A stretch of 64,000 nucleotides of DNA from Candidatus Culexmicrobium cathedralense (GTDB lineage Archaea > Thermoproteota > Methanomethylicia > Culexarchaeales > Culexmicrobiaceae), in the NCBI GenBank assembly GCA_025061115.1, contig JANZKC010000001.1:576001-640000 (forward strand). Reading direction: 5' to 3'. The position numbers and the translations under genes were made by a program. Under the pieces are notes generated by a model. The model ran no database searches, had not been told where the DNA came from, and saw only the letters and a list, made by a program, of their open reading frames with translations. Within the stretch, counting starts at the first letter, position 1. Each line of letters opens with the position of its first letter. This document shows, in pieces, positions 9,472 through 18,285 of this stretch.

Positions 9472-9698
9472 AGAGAATACAAATTTACATGAAAAATTCC
9501 ACTGTCAAGCCCCCTCAAAATCCAAAAAAGGAATTAGAGAGGAGAATATCTGGAAAACTAGATAAAAATTAGGGAAATACGCTGCGAAAAACGTGGAAAA
9601 AACTCAAAAAAACTAAAAAAGGCGAAAAAAGGCTGCTACTTGAAATCGGTAAGTACAAAATATTAGAGTGAGAACTCCGATATCTATCGAGGAGCAAC

Positions 9699-10973
9699 AT
9701 GAGGAAGATTTACGTGGAAACCTACGGGTGCTCAGCGAACGTAGCTGACACGAACATAATGGTCACCCTGCTGAAGAAGGCAGGATACGAAGTAGTTGAC
9801 AGCATCGATGAAGCAGACGTAGTGATCCTAAACACCTGCACGGTTAGAGGCGAATCGGAGAGGAAAATGGTCAAAAGGCTCAAGGAGCTTGAAAAGCTCA
9901 GGCAAAGGTTGAACTTCAAATTAGTAGTTGCAGGATGCCTAGCTAAGGCTCAGCCAGCACTCATAGCGAAAATCTCCCCCAAAGCTTCGATGCTCGCGCC
10001 CCAGCTAATTGAGGAAGTAGTGGAGGTCGTGAAGGACGACTCCCGAATCATAAAAATTCTAGGTGAAGGCAAGAGGAGGACCCTGCCAAAGCACTTCGAA
10101 GGAGTTAAATTCACAGTTCCAATAGCCGAAGGCTGCATTGGAAGCTGCACGTACTGCATAGTTAAAGTTGCTAGAGGCAGGTTGAGGAGCTACCCTCCAG
10201 AGGAAATCGTTGAAGCAGTCGAATGCGCAGTGAAGGCTGGAGCCAGGGAAATTAGGCTAACAGCCCAAGACACGGCGGCATATGGACTAGACATAGGGAC
10301 AAGCCTGCCAGAGCTAGTGGAGAAAATAACTGAAATTCCAGGGGACTTCATGATCAGAATTGGAATGATGAATCCAGATGGAGCCCTAAAAATGCTAGAC
10401 AAGCTCCTAAAGGTCTACGAGAGCGATAAGGTGTACAAGTTCATCCACATACCGCTTCAAAGCGGAGATGACAGAATACTAAAGTTGATGAGGAGGAAGT
10501 ACACTTCAAGCCAATTCATCCAATTAGCCCGCGAATTCAGAAGGAGATTTCCAGAGGGCTTCATAGCAACAGACGTAATAGTAGGCTTCCCAACGGAGGA
10601 CGAGGCGGCATTCAACAACACGCTTAAAGTTATCAGCGAAGTCGAGCCAGACAAGGTTCACGTAGCAAGGTACAGTCCAAGACCCCACACCGAAGCAGCA
10701 GCACTACCTCAAATACCCGAAGCGGTGAAGAAGAAGAGGTCGAAAATCATGACAAACCTATCGCTCAAGATAGGCTTGAAGAGAAATATCCCACTCGTAG
10801 GCAGGGTTGAGGAAGCTTTAGCAGTTGACGAAGGATACGGCGGAACCATAAAAGCTAGATTGAACAACTACAAGATCGTAGTCTTCAATGGAGATCCGAG
10901 CATCATTGGCGAGAAAGTAAAAGTAAAAATTGTTGAAGCATCGCCAATCCAGCTCAGAGGGAAGCTCATCTAG
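9699..10973 (+). CDS. mtaB: tRNA t6A37 methylthiotransferase (MtaB/CDKAL1-type radical SAM)
   Basis: ETYGCSAN, NTCTV, GCL, EGCIGSCTYC, IVGFPTE, C-terminal TRAM domain. Confidence 0.9.
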   Translation: MRKIYVETYGCSANVADTNIMVTLLKKAGYEVVDSIDEADVVILNTCTVRGESERKMVKRLKELEKLRQRLNFKLVVAGCLAKAQPALIAKISPKASMLAPQLIEEVVEVVKDDSRIIKILGEGKRRTLPKHFEGVKFTVPIAEGCIGSCTYCIVKVARGRLRSYPPEEIVEAVECAVKAGAREIRLTAQDTAAYGLDIGTSLPELVEKITEIPGDFMIRIGMMNPDGALKMLDKLLKVYESDKVYKFIHIPLQSGDDRILKLMRRKYTSSQFIQLAREFRRRFPEGFIATDVIVGFPTEDEAAFNNTLKVISEVEPDKVHVARYSPRPHTEAAALPQIPEAVKKKRSKIMTNLSLKIGLKRNIPLVGRVEEALAVDEGYGGTIKARLNNYKIVVFNGDPSIIGEKVKVKIVEASPIQLRGKLI

Positions 10974-11254
10974 CCTCCTGAAGCAGGAGGCAGAATTGCA
11001 ATTTCATCTCCACTGCAAACTTCCCTTCCAAGCTCCTCTGGAACCCTCAAGTAAACCCTATTAACCGTAACTCGAAGGTAATCGTTGAAGCGTCCTCCCT
11101 CCCTAAACAAGCGCTGCTTAAAGTCATCGCCTAGAAGCTCAGCCAACTTCCTTAAAACGTCCAGCACGGTCGCTCCACTAGGAAGCTCCACCTCAATGGA
11201 GCCTGCACCTGCAATCTCCCTTAAAGAAGCGAAAAGCAGTACTTTGACCTTCAA
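10970..11254 (-). CDS. MoaD/ThiS-family ubiquitin-like protein (SAMP)
   Basis: VKVLLFASLREIAG...GDEIAILPPASGG with C-terminal GG. Confidence 0.9.
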   Translation of the reverse strand: MKVKVLLFASLREIAGAGSIEVELPSGATVLDVLRKLAELLGDDFKQRLFREGGRFNDYLRVTVNRVYLRVPEELGREVCSGDEIAILPPASGG

Positions 11255-11262
11255 AGCTATCG

Positions 11263-12783
11263 CTAATCCCCCTTAAGCTTCCGCTTATACATCCTCCACG
11301 ACAAGCACATGGTCCTTGGGTGGCTGGCCTTCACTTCATCAAGCCTCTCAATGGCAGTGTTGGTGGGCGCAGACGTCACCTTAGACGGGTCGCTGTAGGC
11401 TTCCTCCGAAATCCTCTTCAACACTTCAACGTAGCGGTCAATGTTCTCCTTAGATTCAGTGTCGGTGAACTCGATCATCAAAGCCTCCTTAACTATCAAT
11501 GGGAAGTACATGGTTGGAGCGTGAAGCCCATGGTCAAGCAGCCTCTTAGCCACATCCAAAGCTCTAACTCCAGTTTCCCTAAGCATCGGCTCAGCGCTCA
11601 AAACGCACTCATGCTTCCTCGGCTTATCGGGCGAGTAGGGCAAGGAAAATCCCCTAACGCCGGAAATTCTCTTTAGGAAGTAGTTGGTGTTGAGAACTGA
11701 AAGCTCCGCAGCCTCCTTCAAACCCCTAGCACCCATTGAAAGTATGTAAGCTGCAGTCTTAACTAGAACGGCGAAGTTCCCATAGAACGACCTAACCTTC
11801 CCAATCGAATGCGGGCGGTCGTAGTCTAGGTAGTAGCGCTTCCCATCAAACTCGATCACCGGTACTGGGAGAAACTTCTCCAGCTCCTCAGTAACTCCAA
11901 CCGGGCCGGCTCCAGGCCCGCCTCCACCATGAGGAGTGGAAAACGTCTTATGAACATTGATGTGAACGATGTCGAATCCCATGTCGCCAGGCCTAACCTT
12001 ACCCATAATGCCATTCAAGTTAGCTCCATCATAGTACAGGAGGCCCCCAGCCCCATGAACTATGTCCGCAATCTCCAATATGTGCTCCTCAAATATCCCA
12101 AGCGTATTTGGATTCGTCAACATCAAACCCGCAGTTCTATCGGAAGTAGCTGCCTTCAGCGCCTCCAAATCCACGCAGCCATCCTCAGCCGACGGAACAA
12201 CTACGACCTTAAAGCCTGCCATAGCAGCGCTAGCGGGATTCGTCCCATGAGCACTATCCGGAACGATCATCTCATCCCTATGAGGCTCACCATTAAACCT
12301 GTGGTAAGCCCTAATAATTAGGCAGCCAACGTACTCCCCATGAGCTCCAGCTGAAGGCTGAAGGGTAACCCTATGCATGCCAGTTATCTCCGCAAGCCAC
12401 TTCTCGACCAAATACATGAGCTCAAGCGCACCCTGAACAGTGCTCTCATCCTGGTATGGGTGAATCCAAGCAACATCATCGAGGGATGCGAGCTCCTCAT
12501 TAACCTTTGGATTGTACTTCATCGTGCAGGAGCCAAGCGGGTAGGGCCCAGAGTCAACTCCATAGTTCATCTGGGAAAGCCTAATGAAGTGGCGGGCAAC
12601 CTCAACCTCCGAAAGTTCAGGCAAGTCGACCTCATCCCTTCTAAGCCCCTCGGGAATGAGCTTAAAGACATCGCCGACAGCCCGCTTAACCTCACCGTCA
12701 GCCTCAGGAGGTAGATGGCCGATTCTCCCCGGAGTACTGAGCTCAAATATTAAGGGCTCAATCCACCTAGCCTGCCTAAACAC
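11263..12783 (-). CDS. gcvPB: Glycine dehydrogenase (decarboxylating) subunit 2
   Basis: YPLGSCTMKYNPK, AHGTNPASA, HKTFSTPHGGGGPG. Confidence 0.97.
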   Translation of the reverse strand: MFRQARWIEPLIFELSTPGRIGHLPPEADGEVKRAVGDVFKLIPEGLRRDEVDLPELSEVEVARHFIRLSQMNYGVDSGPYPLGSCTMKYNPKVNEELASLDDVAWIHPYQDESTVQGALELMYLVEKWLAEITGMHRVTLQPSAGAHGEYVGCLIIRAYHRFNGEPHRDEMIVPDSAHGTNPASAAMAGFKVVVVPSAEDGCVDLEALKAATSDRTAGLMLTNPNTLGIFEEHILEIADIVHGAGGLLYYDGANLNGIMGKVRPGDMGFDIVHINVHKTFSTPHGGGGPGAGPVGVTEELEKFLPVPVIEFDGKRYYLDYDRPHSIGKVRSFYGNFAVLVKTAAYILSMGARGLKEAAELSVLNTNYFLKRISGVRGFSLPYSPDKPRKHECVLSAEPMLRETGVRALDVAKRLLDHGLHAPTMYFPLIVKEALMIEFTDTESKENIDRYVEVLKRISEEAYSDPSKVTSAPTNTAIERLDEVKASHPRTMCLSWRMYKRKLKGD

Positions 12784-14186
12784 TACACACCACCTCCAAG
12801 CGCAGCTCTAAATGCACTCACAAGCTTCTCTATATCCTCCCTAGAGTGAATTTCAGTAACGCAGTACAATGCAGATTCGCCCAGCTCAGGAAACTCGCTC
12901 TTAATCACCTTACCCCCATGAACACCCATTTCGAGAAGCCGCCCATGAAGCTCCTCAATGCTCAACGGGGACTCGTCAACGTTAACCACGAACTCCTTGA
13001 AGTGGGGAGCATTGAATAGGGGAGCCTTAACCCCCGGAATCTCATTAAGCCTCTTCATAGCGTAGTGCGAATTGTAAAGTATGGTTTCACAAAGCTTCCT
13101 AAGCCCCCTAGGACCTAGAAGCGAAAGGTAAACTGCAGCTGCAACCGCACATAATGCTTCATTGGTGCAAATGTTGGAGGTAGCCTTCTCCCTCCTAATG
13201 TGCTGCTCCCTAGTCTGCAAAGCCATTACATAGCCCCTCCTAGAGCCGTCCTTAGTAGTGGTCATGCCAATTATCCTTCCAGGCATTTGCCTCATCAGCT
13301 TCATGTCACCTCTACACGCGAAAATCCCTAGGGATGGGCCGCCGAAGTTCATTGGATTGCCGAGAGGCTGCCCCTCGCCCACAACTATGTCGGCGCCATA
13401 ATCTCCAGGAGCCTTTAAAACTCCAAGTGAAATCGGATCCACTCCAACGATGTAGAGTGCTCCAGCCCTATGAGCTATGGAGGCTACCTCCTCAACATTC
13501 ACCTCAATCAAGCCAAAGTATGAGGGGTTCTCCACATAAACAGCAGCAACTTCGCTTGAAGCGGCATCCTCCAGCGAATTCAAGTCCAATAAGCCAGTCT
13601 CCCTATCATACTCCACCTCAACAACCTCTATGCCGTGAGGGCTAGTGTAAGTTTTAAGTACGAACTTCCGATCAGGGTGAATAGCCCTCGGAACAACTAT
13701 CTTCCTCCTCCTCGTCACCCTAACAGCCATGAGGGCGGCTTCAGCCAACGCTGAAGCCCAATCATACATTGAAGCGTTAGCCACATCCATTCCAGTGAGC
13801 TCGCAAATCAAACTCTGATACTCAAAAAGCGCTTGAAGCATTCCCTGCGACACTTCAGGCTGATATGGAGTGTAGGAAGTTAAGAACTCCGACCTCCTAA
13901 CAATCTCCTTAACAAGCGAAGGCACGTAGTGAGGCCAGCAGCCTGCTCCCAAGAATATCGGCATCTCCAATGCATTCACGTTCTTCGACAGAACTCTGCG
14001 AATAAACCTGTAAACCTCCCACTCAGACATTGGGCCCGGAACCTTTAGGTCGCGGTTCAACCTAATGCTCTCGGGAACATCAGCGTAGAGCCCATCAACA
14101 TCGCTAACCCCAATTTCCCTCAACATCTCCTCCTTAACCTTAGGAGCAGAGTTCGGCAAATATGGGTGAGTGAACCCCCTGCTCAA
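12783..14186 (-). CDS. gcvPA: Glycine dehydrogenase (decarboxylating) subunit 1
   Basis: SEFLTSYTPYQPEVSQG, NASMYD, LQTREQHIRREKATSNICTN. Confidence 0.97.
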   Translation of the reverse strand: MSRGFTHPYLPNSAPKVKEEMLREIGVSDVDGLYADVPESIRLNRDLKVPGPMSEWEVYRFIRRVLSKNVNALEMPIFLGAGCWPHYVPSLVKEIVRRSEFLTSYTPYQPEVSQGMLQALFEYQSLICELTGMDVANASMYDWASALAEAALMAVRVTRRRKIVVPRAIHPDRKFVLKTYTSPHGIEVVEVEYDRETGLLDLNSLEDAASSEVAAVYVENPSYFGLIEVNVEEVASIAHRAGALYIVGVDPISLGVLKAPGDYGADIVVGEGQPLGNPMNFGGPSLGIFACRGDMKLMRQMPGRIIGMTTTKDGSRRGYVMALQTREQHIRREKATSNICTNEALCAVAAAVYLSLLGPRGLRKLCETILYNSHYAMKRLNEIPGVKAPLFNAPHFKEFVVNVDESPLSIEELHGRLLEMGVHGGKVIKSEFPELGESALYCVTEIHSREDIEKLVSAFRAALGGGV

Positions 14187-14242
14187 CCCTCAGTCACCGA
14201 GAAAACTATTGCGCAAATAGCTTAAAACCTATTCATTCCGGA

Positions 14243-14694
14243 GAAGCGAAACAGCTAATTAAAGGCCTCAAGCTGAGGAGAATGTACTTCAGCAGCTTCA
14301 CGCCGATGCTCGGCACGCCCCTCGAAAATTGGAGGAGATGCCCGAAAAGCAGGGAGCACAGCCTATACCAAGCTTCATTCCTAATGATAGACTACGGATT
14401 CACCCTCGAAGACCTAAAACCATACTAAATGAAAGCGAAATGCTGCCAAAAGGAAACTCAAAGCTAGCATACGTAAAGGCAAATCCCAACTAGTGTCCAG
14501 TCAACCCAGCAAGCGCAAAGCTAAAGGAATTACTGAAAGTACTTGGAATGGGACCAAAGTCAGCTGGGAAAATCCTAAAGCTCAGAAAGGAAGGGAAGGA
14601 GGTCTGGACGTTCAAGGACGTAGCCGACATAGTTGGAGTGGGGAGGGCAAAGCTGGCAGCCCCACACCTGCATTTGAAGGGAAGGCGATGCTAA
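14243..14694 (+). pseudogene. C-terminal remnant of a putative DNA modification/repair radical SAM-HhH protein
   Basis: LRRMYFSSFTPMLGTPLEN...REHSLYQASFLMIDYGF, then a frameshift near 14420, then KLAYVKANPN*CPVNPASAKLKELLKVLGMGPKSAGKI (HhH) with internal TAG at 14491. No N-terminal CxxxCxxC region present. Confidence 0.75.
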
Positions 14695-14766
14695 GCAAAT
14701 ACGCTTTTATTATCCTATACTGAAGAGGATATATTGCTAAAGATAAGTTGAGAGTATGGTGATTCC

Positions 14767-16431
14767 ATGAAAAACTCAAAAATAGCAATCGCAGCAATAA
14801 TAGCCATAGCACTCCTAATGCAAACCTGCATTCCAACCGAATCCCAAAGCCCAGCCAAGCTGACGATCACAAGATTAATAGACGTCCAGCAAAGCTACAC
14901 CCTCATAATAGATGAGGTAACCGTAGCCCAAGGCAGCCTAAGCAACCTAACCATATACCTGCCAATACAGTATGAAAACAACACCTACGCCATAAGAGCA
15001 GTGGATTGGGAAGGCGAAGAGCTGGAAGTCAAAGTTCAAAGCACAGCAAACTATATGCAACTCAACGTTGAACTACCTCAAAAGCCAGCTCCCCTCAAGG
15101 TTAAAATCGAAATCTATATGATCAACCTACTCGCCCAAGCCGAGCATGATCTCGTCAAGCTAACCATCCCCCTCTACCCAACCCTACCCATAGAAGTGGA
15201 GTCCTGCTACGTAGAGGTCCTCCTACCCCAATGGACGAAAAGGGTTGAATCAGTCAATCCAAGTGCAAACGCCACCCTACTGAATGGAAGGTACTCGGTG
15301 AACTATACTAAAGCGCCGCTCCCAGCAATGATGGAAGAGCAACTTGAAGTAACATTCTCAGCAACCCTACATCAAGTTCAGTGCTTGAACTTGACAAGGG
15401 AAGTTAAGGTAAATGGAGAGCTCGACATCCTAGACGCAATCAAATTCAAGAACGCAGGGTTCACCTCCATACCAAAAGCATATGGAGTCAACTTCACCCT
15501 ACCCAAGGATGCAACCATAATTTCTGTAAAAGACGACTTCGGCGACCTCAAATTCAAAGTCCATGAAGCTGGAGAAGAAAAAATCGTTAACGTCAAGCTA
15601 AGGATAAATCTGGAAAGCGGATGGAAGTACGAAGTCTACATCCACTACAAGCTGCCAAGCTCAGGCTGGATTAAGGAGGAGGCGAACAAGGAGCTTTTAG
15701 TCCCCATGGACCCATTCTACAAGTTCCCAGCGGATCAACTCAAGGTAATAATTGACCTTCCTCCAGGCTCGGAGCTAAAGGCAACCCACGGAATGGAGCC
15801 AGCATCAGCCAATGGCAAAGTCATTTACGTAGCGCGCAAAGTAATAGGCGGCAGCTACCCACACAACGTGAAAGTGGAGTACACACCGCCGCCACTCAGA
15901 ATTGAAATACCAACAAGCGTGCTAGCCGGAACTTTGATTGGAGCACTAATTGGAGCAGCAGTATACTTCAAGCGCTACGTGTTCAAAAAGCCCAAACCCC
16001 CAGTCGAAGCAGCCCCCACCTACCTTGAGGACCTCTACGGAGCATACATGGATAAACTCGAAATTCTAATCGACATGAAAAACCTCGAAGAAGCCTACAG
16101 AGCAAAAAGAATAGTGAAAAGAGCCTATAGAGCGAGAATGAGGGAGCTTAGAGAAGAGCTAAAGCAAGTCGACAGCAAGATAAGTCAACTCAAAGCCAAG
16201 GCACTGGCTGAAAACGCAAAGCTGCAAAGCATAATCAAGGAGCTCGAAGAAGCAGAAGCCGAGTACTCAGCAGCAATGATGAAATTGAGGGAGCTTGAAA
16301 GAAATTATGCTTCAAAGAAGATAACAAGAAGAGAATACGAAGAAGCAAGGAGAACTCTAGAGAAAGACGCAAGAAAAGCCAGAATGAAACTCGAAAGAAA
16401 GCTCGCAGACCTCCTAGAATTAGCCTCCTAA
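14767..16431 (+). CDS. Ribophorin I (OST1/RPN1)-like type I membrane protein
   Basis: Signal peptide, two beta-rich extracellular domains (ITRLIDV; LTREVKV...TLPKDATIISVKDDFGDL...LRINLESGWKYEVYIHYKLP...LKVIIDLPPGS), one TM helix, C-terminal helical bundle. Confidence 0.65.
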   Translation: MKNSKIAIAAIIAIALLMQTCIPTESQSPAKLTITRLIDVQQSYTLIIDEVTVAQGSLSNLTIYLPIQYENNTYAIRAVDWEGEELEVKVQSTANYMQLNVELPQKPAPLKVKIEIYMINLLAQAEHDLVKLTIPLYPTLPIEVESCYVEVLLPQWTKRVESVNPSANATLLNGRYSVNYTKAPLPAMMEEQLEVTFSATLHQVQCLNLTREVKVNGELDILDAIKFKNAGFTSIPKAYGVNFTLPKDATIISVKDDFGDLKFKVHEAGEEKIVNVKLRINLESGWKYEVYIHYKLPSSGWIKEEANKELLVPMDPFYKFPADQLKVIIDLPPGSELKATHGMEPASANGKVIYVARKVIGGSYPHNVKVEYTPPPLRIEIPTSVLAGTLIGALIGAAVYFKRYVFKKPKPPVEAAPTYLEDLYGAYMDKLEILIDMKNLEEAYRAKRIVKRAYRARMRELREELKQVDSKISQLKAKALAENAKLQSIIKELEEAEAEYSAAMMKLRELERNYASKKITRREYEEARRTLEKDARKARMKLERKLADLLELAS

Positions 16432-16494
16432 CCGCTACTCTAAGCTAAAAAAGCTTAAAAACTAACTTAAAGCTAGAAGCATAAGGTGAAACTT

Positions 16495-16677
16495 ATGCCA
16501 AAAGTTGTGGTAGACGAGGAAAAGTGCATCGGCTGCGGAACATGCGTTCAAGTATGCCCAATGGGAGTCTACGAACTAGTTGACGAGAAAGCCAAGCCAG
16601 TAAATGAAGATCAGTGCGTAGCCTGCAGAGCATGCGAAGCCCAGTGCCCAGTCCAAGCAATCACCATTGAGGAGTAA
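16495..16677 (+). CDS. 2[4Fe-4S] ferredoxin
   Basis: CIGCGTCVQVCP and CVACRACEAQCP. Confidence 0.95.
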   Translation: MPKVVVDEEKCIGCGTCVQVCPMGVYELVDEKAKPVNEDQCVACRACEAQCPVQAITIEE

Positions 16678-16793
16678 AATAAATCCACCCTTTTACCTCA
16701 ACATTTTTATTCAATTTCAAATTCACAAACGCAGCCAGCTGACATCAGGCTCACGCTAAACGTATATTGCCCCTCGACGCAAAGTAGATTGAA

Positions 16794-17159
16794 ATGCCAT
16801 TCAAATGCATGAAATGCGGAAAATGCTGCAGAGAAACCGAAATGCCCCTAACGATGAGCGACATCAAGCGAATAACGTCGCTCGGATATAAGGTCAGCGA
16901 ATTCGCCACATTCAACGGGGCGGCCTGGCGATTAAAGAACGTTGATGGACACTGCTTCTTCCTAAATCCAGAAACCAACGAATGCAAAATATACCCCCAC
17001 AGGCCAGAAGGATGCAGAATATACCCTATAATATACATAGAAGGAGTTGGAGTTTCAGTCGACCCAGAATGCCCAGCAGCCCACACAGTAACTCCAGAGG
17101 AAATTGAAAAGGCAGCTCCAAAACTAATGAAACTAATTAGGGAGATAGAAGAGCCATGA
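16794..17159 (+). CDS. YkgJ-family cysteine cluster protein
   Basis: CMKCGKCC, CFFL, CKIYPHRPEGCRIYP. Confidence 0.9.
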   Translation: MPFKCMKCGKCCRETEMPLTMSDIKRITSLGYKVSEFATFNGAAWRLKNVDGHCFFLNPETNECKIYPHRPEGCRIYPIIYIEGVGVSVDPECPAAHTVTPEEIEKAAPKLMKLIREIEEP

Positions 17160-17335
17160 AGAAAATCATTAAAGCATTAAAGAACCTCCTGCACGAGCAA
17201 GCCTACTGCCCCCACTGCAAAGATTACGTAAGAGTAAAAGTCGAAACGCGCAGAAAAGGAAGAAAAACCGTCGAAATAAGATCCTGCACCCAATGCGGAA
17301 GAATAATTGAGGAAATTGTGAAAAATAAAGTTTAA
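17156..17335 (+). CDS. Small zinc-ribbon protein, 59 aa, below the ORF-track cutoff
   Basis: MKKIIKALKNLLHEQAYCPHCKDYVRVKVETRRKGRKTVEIRSCTQCGRIIEEIVKNKV; ATGA overlap with the upstream stop. Confidence 0.7.
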   Translation: MKKIIKALKNLLHEQAYCPHCKDYVRVKVETRRKGRKTVEIRSCTQCGRIIEEIVKNKV

Positions 17336-17439
17336 AATGCCCTCACAAATTCCAAGTGCAGAAAGGAATAATTCAATGCAAAAATTAATTGGAGCCGCCC
17401 CCAAATAAAACTACGACAGGGTGATGCGAGAGTAGAGCC

Positions 17440-18228
17440 TTGAGCGGAAAAGCGAGCAAAAAGAACAAGAAGGACGAGTACTGGCTGATAGGAAATCCGC
17501 TTAGGCGAAGAATACTTGAAATCATAGCTGAAAGAGGGGCAATAACCCCCTCAGAGCTGAGAAGAGAGCTGAACATAAGCTTTGGGACGCTCTACTACCA
17601 CCTAAACTTGATGAAAAACTACTTAGAGCGCAACTCCAACAAGGAGCTGAAGCTCAGCCCAGAAGGGTGGCGAGCACTATCATACGTCAGCGAGCTGGAA
17701 GTACTGAGAAAATTCAAGCTCACAAGCCTAGTAACAATATTCGAAACTGGAAAGCGAACGACCCTAAGAGCAGCACTAGCAACCCTAACCATCGCCAGCT
17801 ACATCGCAGCAGACCACCTGTACGGGCTGAAGACGAGCCTCATGATATCATTCTTCGAAAGCAGGCAAAGTCCAATACACCTATCCGCCCTCCACGTCCT
17901 AGGAAACTGGCTCACATTAACCTTAATAATGCTAGTACTAACCATCATACTCACAAGGAGAAAGCTAAGCCTAGCCGAAATTACAAACACGCTAATAGGC
18001 GTTGCTGCCTCCACATCCCCATGCCTACTATACCTTTGGTCAGCAATACTGGACAGCAGCTTCAGCCAATACGTGTTCGTAGCCTCCCAAGCATTAACCT
18101 GCATGATGATAATATCAATGCTCATAGGCACGCTTAAAATTGGAAGCGAAAAGGCAGCAATAATAACCCTCCTAACCATGTACAGCGCCCTCCTAGCCCT
18201 AGAAGCAGTAGCCACGTTCTTAATTTAG
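17440..18228 (+). CDS. Winged-HTH (ArsR-like) regulator with C-terminal multi-pass membrane domain
   Basis: NPLRRRILEII...PSELRRELNISFGTLYYHL followed by about 5 hydrophobic segments. Confidence 0.8.
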   Translation: MSGKASKKNKKDEYWLIGNPLRRRILEIIAERGAITPSELRRELNISFGTLYYHLNLMKNYLERNSNKELKLSPEGWRALSYVSELEVLRKFKLTSLVTIFETGKRTTLRAALATLTIASYIAADHLYGLKTSLMISFFESRQSPIHLSALHVLGNWLTLTLIMLVLTIILTRRKLSLAEITNTLIGVAASTSPCLLYLWSAILDSSFSQYVFVASQALTCMMIISMLIGTLKIGSEKAAIITLLTMYSALLALEAVATFLI

Positions 18229-18248
18229 CTCTCGAATTATTCGAGAGC
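18228..18248. promoter_or_regulatory. Perfect palindrome GCTCTCGAAT-T-ATTCGAGAGC (putative operator or hairpin)
   Basis: 10-bp arms with 1-nt spacer; a related CTCGA-N6-TCGAG follows at 18252-18267. Confidence 0.55.
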
Positions 18249-18285
18249 CACCTCGACTCAACTCGAGAAAATAAAGCTTTTCTCC

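Noticed and set aside
9480-9660. A-tract-rich spacer as a repeat array or replication origin
   Set aside because: No regular repeat unit, no recognisable ORB boxes and no adjacent cdc6/orc1.
14493-14836. Short ORFs 14493-14723 (+) and 14612-14836 (-)
   Set aside because: Better explained as off-frame readings of the radical SAM pseudogene and the next gene's start.
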